64,000 nt of DNA from Mesorhizobium sp. WSM3859 (GCF_002295065.1 NZ_NSGG01000001.1:270553-334552); one strand, 5' to 3'; counted from the first letter of the stretch, positions 30,159-39,756 are shown. Program-made: numbers and translations. Notes: generated from the letters alone by a model not told the origin.

Positions 30159-30707
30159 ATGCTGCGACTTGTTCTGGCGCTTTTTCTCCTGGCCGTTCCG
30201 AACCTTGCTCACGCCACCGACGCCGGCTGGGCGCTGCTGCGCGACGGCGGCCATGTCGTGCTGCTTCGCCATGCCTTCGTCACCGGGGCGACCGACCCGG
30301 CGAGTTTCGACATCGGCAATTGCGCGACCCAGCTCAACTTGTCGGAGCGCGGCAAGCAGCAGGCAAGCCGCATCGGCGCGCTGTTCGCGGCCCGCGCCGC
30401 GCCCATCGATCACGTGCTCTCCAGCGGCTACTGCCGCTGCCTCGACACCGCCCGCATCGCTTTCGAAGCCGAGCCGCAGCCTTTCGCGCCGCTCGACCTG
30501 CTGAAAACCGACCCTGGTGAAAAAGCCGCGCAGCTCGCCGCGATCATCAAGGAGATCCGAGGCTATTCCGGTTCCGACAATCTGGTGCTGGTCACGCATC
30601 TCGAGGACATCGAGGCGCTTACCGGCATCGCGCCGCGCGAGGGCGAGGCCGTGGTGGTGGCGCCAGATGGCGATGGCCTCAAGGTGCTGGGACGCGTCAC
30701 CTTCTAA
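30159..30707 (+). CDS. histidine phosphatase family protein (secreted)
   Basis: 182 aa. A signal peptide (MLRLVLALFLLAVPNLAHA) is followed by the RHAF motif (LLRHAF) of the phosphoglycerate mutase-like / histidine phosphatase fold. Confidence 0.7.
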   Translation: MLRLVLALFLLAVPNLAHATDAGWALLRDGGHVVLLRHAFVTGATDPASFDIGNCATQLNLSERGKQQASRIGALFAARAAPIDHVLSSGYCRCLDTARIAFEAEPQPFAPLDLLKTDPGEKAAQLAAIIKEIRGYSGSDNLVLVTHLEDIEALTGIAPREGEAVVVAPDGDGLKVLGRVTF

Positions 30708-30918
30708 GGCAACGCGCCAGCGGGTGTTGCCGAAATGCAACTTCCGGAAGACGCCGCAATCTGCCGTGACAATGCCGCTTGCGACAACCCGTCGCAGGGT
30801 CTATAGGCGCGCTCCCGGTCACGAAAACCGAAGCGAGCACAACGGTTGGAGCTTTCGTCTCCGCCCGCGCAGGCGGCTCTGCCGCGCTGTGTACGGCGCC
30901 GTTTCGGGTATTGGGATC

Positions 30919-30990
30919 GCCGATGTAGCTCAGAGGTTAGAGCGCCGGATTTGGGTCCGGAGGTCGAGGGTTCGAGTCCCTTCATCAGCA
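30919..30990 (+). tRNA. tRNA-like gene 1 (cloverleaf with D-arm GCTC/GAGC, T-arm GAGGG-TTCGAGT-CCCTT; anticodon loop region CCGGA-TTTGGG-TCCGG suggests UGG/Pro but loop is 6 nt by manual fold)
   Basis: The acceptor (GCCGATG / CATCAGC) has one C-A mismatch. The T loop is a canonical TTCGAGT. Total length is about 72 nt before a CCA-like triplet at 30991-30993. The anticodon loop appears one nt short. Possible pseudogene, or a manual folding error. Confidence 0.55.
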
Positions 30991-31065
30991 CCACGGATAG
31001 CTCAGTTTGGTTAGAGCATCAGATTGTTAATCTGACTGTCGAAGGTTCGATTCCTTCTCCAACGG
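30991..31065 (+). tRNA. tRNA-like gene 2, anticodon GTT (Asn) in loop TTGTTAA with stem TCAGA/TCTGA
   Basis: The D-arm (GCTC-AGTTTGGTTA-GAGC), anticodon arm and T-arm (GAAGG-TTCGATT-CCTTC) are canonical. However, the acceptor stem (CCACGGA vs TCCAACG) pairs at only 4/7 positions on manual folding. It lies immediately adjacent to tRNA-like gene 1. Confidence 0.5.
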
Positions 31066-31429
31066 CCTGATAAGCCGACACCTTCAGGTGGTGTTATCCA
31101 AAACGGTCCGGGGACCGGAATGCGAGGACTTCACGGACGGCAAGGTTTCGGCCTCGCCGGGCGGCGACGTCCTGCGCCATCGGCTCGCGGCCAGGCCCGC
31201 GGTGACGATCAAGGCGCGGCGCGGCCGGCAAGGGAAGCTTGAGCTTCCGGCGCCCGCTTCGCCGCCCCGGGATCCGCTCCCGAAGGCCCGCCACGCGCCG
31301 ATGCCACCGGTCTCCGGATCATTCGTGCCCAGGAACATGAAGTACGACGACGTGAAACGAGAAACGAAAAGGATGATCGACGCATGACGTGACGCCTCGC
31401 ATGGGGCCATGCCCGACAGGAGTAAGACA

Positions 31430-32572
31430 ATGAAGACCATTCTCGAAAAGGCCCTTGGACGCCAGCGCGTCCTCGTGAAGGAAAATGAGCGTGCAGTTGC
31501 CCTCTACAAGGGCGAGATCCAGGCTATCCTGATGCCGGGCGAGCATTGGCTCGCCAACCGGCGCGGCAACCTGGAAATCTCCAGGCACGACCTGAAGAAC
31601 CCGGAATTCGTTTCGGCTTACGAGAAGGCGTTGTTCGACAAGCTCCCGGACGTGGCCGCGCGTCACTTCACCGTCGTCCGCACCGGACGCATGGAGATCG
31701 CCGTGGTCGAGCGTGACGGCGCGCTGCATTCCGTGCTGTCGCCGGACCGCAAGCTTGTGCTGTGGACGGATGCCGGTCCGTGGAAGGTGACGACCGTCGA
31801 CACGGAGGCCGATCTCGCCATCGATCCGGCGCTGATGCGCCGGCTCGGCCAGGCCCGGAAGACGGAACACATGTTCCTCAACCCGGTCGTGGACGGCCAG
31901 GTCGGGCTGCTGTTCGTGGACGGTGTGCTCGTTCGCACGCTTGAAGCGGGTGTGCACGCCTTCTGGAATGTCGGGCGCATGGTCCAGGTGAAGGTCGTCG
32001 ACATCAAGCGCCAGTCGCTCGATGTCGCCGGGCAGGAAGTGCTGACAAGGGATCGCGTGACGATCCGCGTCAACATCGCCGCCGAATACCGGGTCGTCGA
32101 CCCGGTCAAGGCGGTGAGCACGGTGAAGGACTTCTCGGAAGCTCTCTACCGTGCCCTGCAGTATGCCTTCCGCAAGACGCTTGGCGCGCTCACGCTCGAC
32201 CAGATCCTCGACAAGAAGGTGACGGTCGACGAGGACGCGGCGGCCAAGGTGCGCGACGACATGGCCGCGATCGGCGTCGAGGTCAGCGATATCGCTCTCA
32301 AGGATGTGATCCTGCCGGGCGATATGCGCGAGATCCTCAACCAGGTGGTTTCGGCCGAGAAGCAGGCCGAGGCCAACGTCATCCGCCGCCGCGAGGAGAC
32401 GAACGCCACGCGTTCGCTGCTCAACACGGCAAAGGTGATGGCCGAGAACCCGGTGATGCTGCGGCTGAAGGAGCTCGAGGCTCTCGAAGCCATCGCCGGC
32501 AAGGTCGAGCGGCTCACCGTCCACAACGGGACGGGCGGACTGCTCAACGACCTGGTCAAGCTCCGCGACTGA
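31430..32572 (+). CDS. SPFH/band-7 (stomatin/prohibitin-like) domain protein
   Basis: 380 aa. An AGGAG RBS lies upstream of the ATG at 31430. The SPFH core is present (VTRDRVTIRVNIAAEYRVVDPVKAV) with a C-terminal coiled-coil region (EKQAEANVIRRREETNATR). Confidence 0.7.
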   Translation: MKTILEKALGRQRVLVKENERAVALYKGEIQAILMPGEHWLANRRGNLEISRHDLKNPEFVSAYEKALFDKLPDVAARHFTVVRTGRMEIAVVERDGALHSVLSPDRKLVLWTDAGPWKVTTVDTEADLAIDPALMRRLGQARKTEHMFLNPVVDGQVGLLFVDGVLVRTLEAGVHAFWNVGRMVQVKVVDIKRQSLDVAGQEVLTRDRVTIRVNIAAEYRVVDPVKAVSTVKDFSEALYRALQYAFRKTLGALTLDQILDKKVTVDEDAAAKVRDDMAAIGVEVSDIALKDVILPGDMREILNQVVSAEKQAEANVIRRREETNATRSLLNTAKVMAENPVMLRLKELEALEAIAGKVERLTVHNGTGGLLNDLVKLRD

Positions 32573-32762
32573 GCATGTCGCCCAGCTGACGTAACGTAAA
32601 ATGGGCAGGGCCGCCGGTTCGACCGGCGGCCCTTCTTGCCTTTCCACAACCCGCTACCCATCTGCCCCCGGCGCATCAGGCCTTTTCCTGCCGGGAAAAA
32701 CCGATTAGACAGCGCCCAAACAAGATGCGGACAGATTCCGCCCGCAACCGAAGGAAGAGCCC

Positions 32763-33044
32763 TTGTCCACCACGTTCGAGAAAGTCGCCAAGATCATTGC
32801 CGACACCAGCGAGATCGATATCGACACCATTACGCCCGAGAGTCACACGATCGACGATCTCGGCATCGACAGCCTCGACTTCCTCGACATCGTCTTTGCC
32901 ATCGACAAGGAATTCGGCATCAAGGTGCCGCTCGAGAAGTGGACGCAGGAAGTCAATGACGGCAAGGCTTCGACCGACGACTATTTCGTCATGAAGAACC
33001 TCTGCGCCAAGATCGACGCGCTGGTCGCGGCCAAGAACGCCTGA
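32763..33044 (+). CDS. acpXL: specialised acyl carrier protein for lipid A very-long-chain fatty acid (AcpXL)
   Basis: 93 aa. It has the ACP phosphopantetheine attachment motif ([12 protein letters not shown]). It appears to start at a TTG with an AAGGAAG RBS. It heads the fabF2XL-fabF1XL-adhA2XL-lpxXL cluster. Confidence 0.8.
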   Translation: MSTTFEKVAKIIADTSEIDIDTITPESHTIDDLGIDSLDFLDIVFAIDKEFGIKVPLEKWTQEVNDGKASTDDYFVMKNLCAKIDALVAAKNA

Positions 33045-33098
33045 GGCGCTCGGGCGCAGTCTTGACGCGCCCAGCCTGCTGACCCAAAACAGCCGCCC

Positions 33099-34289
33099 AT
33101 GAGCAGCCCGCACGACGTCGTCATCACCGGCATAGGCCTTGTCTCTTCGCTCGGAGAGGGTCCGGACGCGCATTGGCAAAAGCTGACCCAGCCCGGCCTG
33201 GAGCCGGTGCTGGAGGCGACGCGCTTCGCGCCCTACACCATCCATCCGCTGCCCGAGATCGACTGGAACCTGCAGATCGCCAAGCGCGGCGACCAGCGCC
33301 AGATGGAAACCTGGCAGCGCCTTGGCACCTATGCCGCCGGGCTTGCGCTGGACGATGCGGGCATAAAGGGCAATGACGAGCTTTCCACGACCATGGACAT
33401 GGTTGTGGCGGCCGGCGGCGGCGAGCGCGACGAGGCCGTGGATGCCGCCATCCTGGCTGCTTCCGAAAGCCGCAACGACCGCGACGTGCTGCTCAACGAG
33501 AAGCTGACCACGGAATTGCGGCCGACTTTGTTCCTCGCCCAGCTTTCCAACCTCCTTGCCGGCAACATCTCGATCGTGCACAAGGTCACCGGTTCGTCCC
33601 GCACCTTCATGGGCGAGGAAGGCGCGGGCGTTTCGGCTGTCGAGACGGCGGCTGCCCGCATCCGCTCCGGACAGTCGACCCATGTTCTAGTCGGCGGCGC
33701 GTTCCAAACCGAGCATTCCGACATGCTGCTCGGCTACGAGCTTGCCGGCTATCTGCATCGCGGCCCGTGGAAGCCGGTCTGGCAGCGCCAGGGCTCCGAA
33801 GGCGGCGGTGTGGTGACTGGCTCCGGCGGCGCCTTCCTGGTGCTGGAACAGCGCGAGCATGCCAAGAACCGGGGCCGCAAGATCTACGCCGAACTTGGCC
33901 CGGTCGTCTCCAGCCGCGCCAGGCGCCGGCGCGGCGAGTTAAATTCAGAGATTGCCGCGCTGTTGAAACAGGCCGCCCTTCCCGATGGCGACCTGCTGAC
34001 GATTTCCGCTGCCTCCGGCGCCCACGCCGCCACCGCGGCCGAAAAGGCGGTGCTCGACGCCAACCCGGCTTTGGCCGTGCGCGCCTTCTCGACGCTGACC
34101 GGCCATATGAAGGAAGCCCAATTTCCCTTCGCCGTAGCGCTCGCCGCGATGGCCGTCGACCGTAAGGCCGGCTACCCTGTCTTCGATGCAACAGTCGAAC
34201 GCCCATTCGAAGGCACACCGACTTCCGTCCTTGCAACCGCGATCGGTTATCACCAATTCGAGGGCCTTGGGCTGGTTAAGGCCGCTTAG
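33099..34289 (+). CDS. fabF2XL: beta-ketoacyl-ACP synthase-like protein (FabF2XL-type, lacks canonical active-site Cys context)
   Basis: 396 aa with a thiolase/KAS fold. Its position is second in the acpXL cluster. Confidence 0.7.
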   Translation: MSSPHDVVITGIGLVSSLGEGPDAHWQKLTQPGLEPVLEATRFAPYTIHPLPEIDWNLQIAKRGDQRQMETWQRLGTYAAGLALDDAGIKGNDELSTTMDMVVAAGGGERDEAVDAAILAASESRNDRDVLLNEKLTTELRPTLFLAQLSNLLAGNISIVHKVTGSSRTFMGEEGAGVSAVETAAARIRSGQSTHVLVGGAFQTEHSDMLLGYELAGYLHRGPWKPVWQRQGSEGGGVVTGSGGAFLVLEQREHAKNRGRKIYAELGPVVSSRARRRRGELNSEIAALLKQAALPDGDLLTISAASGAHAATAAEKAVLDANPALAVRAFSTLTGHMKEAQFPFAVALAAMAVDRKAGYPVFDATVERPFEGTPTSVLATAIGYHQFEGLGLVKAA

Positions 34290-34301
34290 AAAGAAAGAAT
34301 C

Positions 34302-35573
34302 ATGGCCAATCTTCGCGACCACATGGGCAGGCCGATCGTCGCCGTGACCGGCATTGGCGTCGTCACCTCACTCGGCGTCGGTAAAAAGGATAATTGGGAA
34401 GCGCTGACCTCGGGCAAATCCGGCATCCATCCGATCACCCGCTTTCCGGTAGACCAGCTCAACACCCGCATCTCCGGCATGGTCGACTTCCTGCCGTCGA
34501 GCTCCAAAGGCGCCAGCCACCTCACTTACGAATTGGCCGAGACCGCAGCGCAGGAGGCAGTCTCCGAGGCCGGCCTCGATTCCGGCGATTTCGGCGGCCC
34601 GCTGTTCCTTGCCTCGCCGCCGGTCGAGCTCGATTGGGCCGACCGCTTCTCGCTCTATAATTCCGACAAGCAGGACAGCGGTTCCGAGAGATTGCTGCGC
34701 GTCGCCCGCGCTTTGAAGGAACTCGACGTCTTCGAGACCACCCAGTTCGGCTCGATCGCCGACCGGCTGGCCGACCGCTTCGGCACGCGCGGCCTGCCGA
34801 TAACGCTCTCGACCGCATGCGCTTCAGGCGCCACCGCCATCCAGCTCGGCGTCGAGGCGATCCGCCGCGGCGAATGCGACAAGGCGCTGTCGATCGGCGC
34901 CGACGGCTCGGCCACAGCCGAGGCGCTGATCCGCTTCTCGCTGCTTTCTGCCCTTTCAACCCATAACGACATCCCGGAAAAGGCGTCGAAACCCTTCTCC
35001 AAGGATCGCGATGGCTTCGTGCTGGCCGAGGGATCTGGCGCTCTGGTGCTGGAATCGCTGGAAGCCGCCCTAGCCCGCGGCGCGACGATCCTCGGCATCA
35101 TGCGCGGCTGCGGCGAAAAGGCCGACGATTTCCACCGCACCCGCTCCAAGCCCGATGCGTCACCGGCGATCGCGGCGGTGCGCGCCGTCCTTGCCGATGC
35201 AGGCATGAGCGAGGACGAGATCGAATATGTCAACGCGCACGGCACCTCGACGCCGGAAAACGACAAGATGGAGCATCTGTCGCTGTCCACCGTGTTCGGC
35301 GAGCGTATCGCCTCGATGCCGGTCTCGTCGAACAAGTCGATGATCGGCCATACGTTGTCGGCCGCCGGCGCGGTCGAGGCCGCCTTCTCGCTGATGACCA
35401 TGCGCGAAAGCGTCATCCCGCCGACCATCAATTACGACAATCCCGATCCGGCCATTGTCCTCGACGTCGTGCCGAACAAGAAGCGCAACGCCGAGGTCGG
35501 CACGGTTTTGTCGAACTCTTTCGGCTTCGGCGGCCAGAACACCTGCCTTGTCATGGCGCGGGAACCGGTCTAA
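34302..35573 (+). CDS. fabF1XL: beta-ketoacyl-ACP synthase II-like (FabF1XL)
   Basis: 423 aa. It has the KAS active-site Cys (TLSTACASGATAIQ), His residues in the C-terminal half and a GFGGQNTCLV C-terminal motif. Confidence 0.8.
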   Translation: MANLRDHMGRPIVAVTGIGVVTSLGVGKKDNWEALTSGKSGIHPITRFPVDQLNTRISGMVDFLPSSSKGASHLTYELAETAAQEAVSEAGLDSGDFGGPLFLASPPVELDWADRFSLYNSDKQDSGSERLLRVARALKELDVFETTQFGSIADRLADRFGTRGLPITLSTACASGATAIQLGVEAIRRGECDKALSIGADGSATAEALIRFSLLSALSTHNDIPEKASKPFSKDRDGFVLAEGSGALVLESLEAALARGATILGIMRGCGEKADDFHRTRSKPDASPAIAAVRAVLADAGMSEDEIEYVNAHGTSTPENDKMEHLSLSTVFGERIASMPVSSNKSMIGHTLSAAGAVEAAFSLMTMRESVIPPTINYDNPDPAIVLDVVPNKKRNAEVGTVLSNSFGFGGQNTCLVMAREPV

Positions 35574-35611
35574 GCGGACGTTTTCCGCTCCGACAGAACC
35601 TGACAGGCCCT

Positions 35612-36640
35612 ATGCGCGCATTGCAACTTATCGAGGACCGCCGTCTCGAAACGGTGGACCTGCCGCCTCCCCCGCCGCCTTCCTTGGGCGAAGTGACGCT
35701 GCGCATCAAGGCGGTCGCGCTCAACCATATCGATGTCTGGGGCTGGCGCGGCATGGCCTTTGCCAAGCGCAAGCTGCCGCTGGTCGTCGGCGCCGAAGCC
35801 GCCGGCGAGGTCGAAGCGGTCGGCCCTGGAGTCTCCAACCTGCGGCCGGGACAGTTGGTCTCGATCTACGGCGCGCGCACCTGCGGACTCTGCCGTGCCT
35901 GTCGCGAAGGCCGCGACAATCTCTGCGAGCATGTTTCCGGCGTCCACGGCTTCCATCTTGATGGCTTCGCCCAGGAAAAGATCAACCTGCCGGCGCGCCT
36001 GCTGGTACCCGCTCCTCCCGGCGTCACCGAGATCGGTGCGGCGGTCGCGCCCGTGACCTTCGGCACGGTCGAGCACATGCTGTTCGACAATGCGAAGCTG
36101 GAACCCGGCGAGACCATCCTGGTCCATGCCGGCGGCTCCGGCATCGGCACAGCCGCCATCCAGTTGGCCAAGAAGATGGGCTGCACGGTGATCACCACGG
36201 TCGGCTCGAACGACAAGATCGACAAGGCCAAGGCGCTCGGCGCCGACCACGTCATAAACTACCGCGAGGATCGCTTCGAGGGCGTCGTGCGCAAGTTGAC
36301 CAAGAAGAAGGGCGTCGACGTCGTGTTCGAGCATGTCGGCGCCGACACCTTCGCCGGCTCGATGCTGTGCCTGAAGCGTGGCGGCCGCCTCGTCACCTGC
36401 GGCTCCACGTCGGGCGTGTCGACGCAGATCAATCTTATGCAGCTCTTCCAGCAGCAGCTGAAGCTGCTCGGCTCCTTCGGCTGCCGCATGGAGAACATGG
36501 CCAACGCCATGCAGAAGATGGCGGCCGGCCTCGTTGTCCCGGTGATCGATACCGAGGTGGGTTTCGACGACATCGATGCGGCGCTGAAGCGCATGGAAGG
36601 CCGCGACGTGTTCGGCAAGATCATCCTGCGCGTTTCCTAA
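35612..36640 (+). CDS. adhA2XL: zinc-binding alcohol dehydrogenase family protein (AdhA2XL-type)
   Basis: 342 aa of the MDR family (GGSGIGTAAIQLAK NAD-binding motif). Its position in the acpXL cluster is conserved. Confidence 0.75.
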   Translation: MRALQLIEDRRLETVDLPPPPPPSLGEVTLRIKAVALNHIDVWGWRGMAFAKRKLPLVVGAEAAGEVEAVGPGVSNLRPGQLVSIYGARTCGLCRACREGRDNLCEHVSGVHGFHLDGFAQEKINLPARLLVPAPPGVTEIGAAVAPVTFGTVEHMLFDNAKLEPGETILVHAGGSGIGTAAIQLAKKMGCTVITTVGSNDKIDKAKALGADHVINYREDRFEGVVRKLTKKKGVDVVFEHVGADTFAGSMLCLKRGGRLVTCGSTSGVSTQINLMQLFQQQLKLLGSFGCRMENMANAMQKMAAGLVVPVIDTEVGFDDIDAALKRMEGRDVFGKIILRVS

Positions 36641-36658
36641 GCATTCCAGGAAAGGCGG

Positions 36659-37651
36659 ATGGTCGGCAAGGTGTTCAGGAAAGCCCGCCGGGACTTCATG
36701 TTCCGCTACGGCCTGCGGCTGCGCCAGATGGAGCACTGGCTGGTCGCCAGGCTCGCCATGGTGTTGCTCTCGCTGCTGCGCCTGTTGCCGCCGGACAGCG
36801 CGCTCAACTTCGCCGACCGCGCCGCCCGCCGGGTCGGCCCGCTGGTCGGGCGCCATCGCGTCGCGGTCAACAATCTGCGGCTTGCCTATCCGCAAAAGAG
36901 CGACGCCGAAATCGAGGCCATCGCACGCGACATGTGGGGCAACATGGCTCGCCTCGCGGCCGAATACATCTTTCTCGATGCATTGTTCGACTTCGACCCG
37001 GACGCTTCGAAGCCGGGCCGGGTCGAGGTTCGCGGCGTCGAACATTTCGTCGAGATCGCCGGGGAGAAGAAGCCTCACATCCTCTTCACCGGCCATCTCG
37101 GCAATTTCGAGCTGCTGCCGGTGGCCGCGGCCACGTTCGGCATGAACATCACAGCGCTGTTTCGCCCGCCGAACAACCCCTACCTCGCCGACTACATCCA
37201 TTCGACGCGCCGCTCCTCGATGGGCGCGCTGCTGCCCTCCTCCACCGGCGCCTCCTTCGCCCTCGCCGCCATTCTCGAGAAAGGCGGCAACATCGGCGTG
37301 CTGGTCGATCAGAAATTCTCGGGCGGCGTGGAGACGGATTTCTTCGGCCGCCTGTGCCAGACCAATCCGATGCTCGGCATGCTGGCCCGCCACTACGACT
37401 GCGATGTCTACCCCGCGCGTTGCGTCAGGCTGCCGGGCAACCGCTTTCGTCTCGAGATCGAGGACAAGCTGGACTTGCCGCGCACCGAAGACGGCAGCGT
37501 CGACGTCGACGCCACCGCACAGCTGCTGACCGATGTGGTCGAGCGCTGGGTGCGCGAGGATCCGGGACAGTGGATGTGGTTCCACAAGCGATGGGAAATC
37601 AGCGGCCGCCGCCGCAAGCGCAGACAGGCGAAGGCGGCAGCCGGCCAGTAA
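36659..37651 (+). CDS. lpxXL: lipid A biosynthesis lauroyl/VLCFA acyltransferase (LpxXL, HtrB/MsbB family)
   Basis: 330 aa with a membrane anchor and an HX4D-like acyltransferase motif region (FTGHLGNFELL). It is the last gene of the cluster. Confidence 0.8.
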   Translation: MVGKVFRKARRDFMFRYGLRLRQMEHWLVARLAMVLLSLLRLLPPDSALNFADRAARRVGPLVGRHRVAVNNLRLAYPQKSDAEIEAIARDMWGNMARLAAEYIFLDALFDFDPDASKPGRVEVRGVEHFVEIAGEKKPHILFTGHLGNFELLPVAAATFGMNITALFRPPNNPYLADYIHSTRRSSMGALLPSSTGASFALAAILEKGGNIGVLVDQKFSGGVETDFFGRLCQTNPMLGMLARHYDCDVYPARCVRLPGNRFRLEIEDKLDLPRTEDGSVDVDATAQLLTDVVERWVREDPGQWMWFHKRWEISGRRRKRRQAKAAAGQ

Positions 37652-37658
37652 TCGGCTT

Positions 37659-38090
37659 TCAGTTGGTCACGACGATCCGCGTGTTGCCGAAGCCCACTTC
37701 CTTGACCATCGTGTAGAAGGTCGCGGCATTGGCCGGATGCAGGCGCACGCAGCCATGCGACGCCGGGCGTCCCAGATGTCTCACCGCCCCGGTGCCGTGA
37801 ATGGCGAAGCCGCCGTGGAAGAACACCGAATAGGGCATCGGCGAGTTGTCATACTTGCGCGAATACCACATCCGGGCGGTCCATTGCGGCCGGTAGCTGC
37901 CGCGCGGCGTGAAATAGCCAGGGCGCGCCGTCGACACGCTCCAGCGGTAGAGCACCTGCCCGTATTTGCTGACGGTCATGGTCTGCGACGAGACGTCGAT
38001 ATTGGCGACCAGCGTGGCCGCCCGACTTGCGATAGACGTGCCGAACAACGCGGTTGCCAGCACGGTTGCCATGAGAACGAACTTTTTCAT
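37659..38090 (-). CDS. L,D-transpeptidase (YkuD domain) with signal peptide
   Basis: 143 aa. It has a signal peptide and the catalytic SHGCVRL motif. An AAGGGG RBS lies upstream of the ATG at 38090. Confidence 0.75.
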   Translation of the reverse strand: MKKFVLMATVLATALFGTSIASRAATLVANIDVSSQTMTVSKYGQVLYRWSVSTARPGYFTPRGSYRPQWTARMWYSRKYDNSPMPYSVFFHGGFAIHGTGAVRHLGRPASHGCVRLHPANAATFYTMVKEVGFGNTRIVVTN

Positions 38091-38351
38091 GCGATCAAAC
38101 CCCTTTGATTGCCCCTGCCATTCGCGTGGTTTTTCCATTTTTTTGCCGGCAGATGCGTTAATTACCACACACTCGTTGACGATTCCGCCAATGCAATGCG
38201 ATGAATTTGAACGATTTTCCCGGCATGGTTGCCGCTGCGACATGCACTCTCTTGAGTTTAAACGCGGGCATTGGGCCATGCCCGGATCGTTGTGTGGCAA
38301 TGAGCGACTGCTTGCTTGCAAAAGTGCTGCGTTCCTTCTTCAATCCGCCGG

Positions 38352-39647
38352 ATGAATGAACGGCTTCGCATGAATGAGCGACTTGTCGGGGCGGTCGAGG
38401 ACCGGACAGACGACCTGGTAGCGCTGACCGCCGACCTGATCCGCTTCCCGACCGTCAATCCGCCAGGCGAGGCCTATCGGCCATGCGCCGAGTTCCTTGG
38501 CGCGCGCCTGAAGAAACTCGGCTTCGAAACCGAATTCATCCGTGCCGAGGGCGCCCCAGGCGACAGCGACCGCTATCCGCGCGTCAACGTGGTCGCCCGC
38601 TTCGACGGCCGCTCGCCCGGCCCCTGCGTGCATTTCAACTCGCATATCGACGTGGTCGAGGCGGGCGACGGCTGGACCGTCGATCCCTTTGCCGGCGTGG
38701 TGAAGGACGGCAGGGTCTACGGCCGCGGCGCCTGTGACATGAAGGGCGGCCTGGCGGCCTCCGTCATCGCCGTCGAAGCTTTCATGGCGACCTATCCCGA
38801 CTTTCCCGGCGCCATCGAGATATCGGGCACGGCGGACGAGGAATCGGGCGGTTTCGGCGGCGTCGCCCATCTGGCGAGGCTCGGCTATTTCTCCAAGCCG
38901 AAGGTCGACCACGTCATCATCCCGGAGCCCTTAAACAAGGATCGGATCTGCCTTGGCCATCGCGGCGTCTGGTGGGCCGAGATCGAGACCAAGGGGGAGA
39001 TCGCGCATGGCTCGATGCCGTTCCTCGGCGACAATGCGGTGCGCCATATGGGCGCCGTGCTGCAGGCTTTCGAGGAGGAACTGTTCCCGGCGCTCGACCG
39101 CAAGATGACACGCATGCCGGTGGTGCCGGAAGGCGCCCGGCGCTCGACCATGAACATCAATTCCATCCATGGCGGCCAGACCGAGGATTTCCGGCCCGGA
39201 CTTCCCTCGCCCAACGTGCCTGATTGGTGCCGGCTCACCATCGACCGGCGCTTCCTGCTCGAAGAGGACATCGCCACCGTCAAAGGCGAGGTCACCGGCA
39301 TCCTCGAACGGCTGAAGCGTGAGCGCAAGAAATTCGACTACGAGATCCGTGACCTGATGGAGGTATTGCCGTTGATGACCGAGCGCGACGCGCCGGTGGT
39401 GAAGGCCGTCGCGAAAGGCATCATGGAGGTGTTCGACCGCGAACCCGACTATGTGATCTCGCCCGGCACCTACGACCAGAAGCATGTCGCGCGCATCGGC
39501 CACCTCTATGACTGCATCGCCTATGGCCCGGGCATTCTCGACCTCGCGCATAGGCCGGACGAATGGGTGGGCATCGCCGACATGGTGGAATCGGCCAAGG
39601 TGATGGCGATCGGCCTCAATGTGCTCTTGCGCGGCACGGCCGGATGA
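38352..39647 (+). CDS. M20 family metallopeptidase / ArgE-DapE-type deacylase
   Basis: About 430 aa with M20 metal-binding motifs (HFNSHIDVV, GACDMKGG, ADEESGG). The start is ambiguous because of an 18-bp imperfect tandem duplication (ATGAATGAACGGCTTCGC / ATGAATGAGCGACTTGTC). Confidence 0.75.
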   Translation: MNERLRMNERLVGAVEDRTDDLVALTADLIRFPTVNPPGEAYRPCAEFLGARLKKLGFETEFIRAEGAPGDSDRYPRVNVVARFDGRSPGPCVHFNSHIDVVEAGDGWTVDPFAGVVKDGRVYGRGACDMKGGLAASVIAVEAFMATYPDFPGAIEISGTADEESGGFGGVAHLARLGYFSKPKVDHVIIPEPLNKDRICLGHRGVWWAEIETKGEIAHGSMPFLGDNAVRHMGAVLQAFEEELFPALDRKMTRMPVVPEGARRSTMNINSIHGGQTEDFRPGLPSPNVPDWCRLTIDRRFLLEEDIATVKGEVTGILERLKRERKKFDYEIRDLMEVLPLMTERDAPVVKAVAKGIMEVFDREPDYVISPGTYDQKHVARIGHLYDCIAYGPGILDLAHRPDEWVGIADMVESAKVMAIGLNVLLRGTAG

Positions 39648-39756
39648 GAGGTAAAAACATTCCGCCTGGCGCCGCCCGGCAGCACGAAACGCAATTTACT
39701 CGCGCGCGAAATCACGCTTCTATCCGCCGGCTTGAGCAAGCAATGGGAGTTCAGCG

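Noticed and set aside
31084-31440. Overlapping 99-aa (+) and 118-aa (-) ORFs in the 350-bp gap after the tRNA-like genes
   Set aside because: They are mutually overlapping, with no RBS, no family similarity and Arg/Pro-rich translations. I treat the gap as non-coding, possibly an integration-site remnant.
35570-37585. 671-aa minus-strand ORF across adhA2XL and lpxXL
   Set aside because: It is antisense to two genes of the conserved acpXL cluster.
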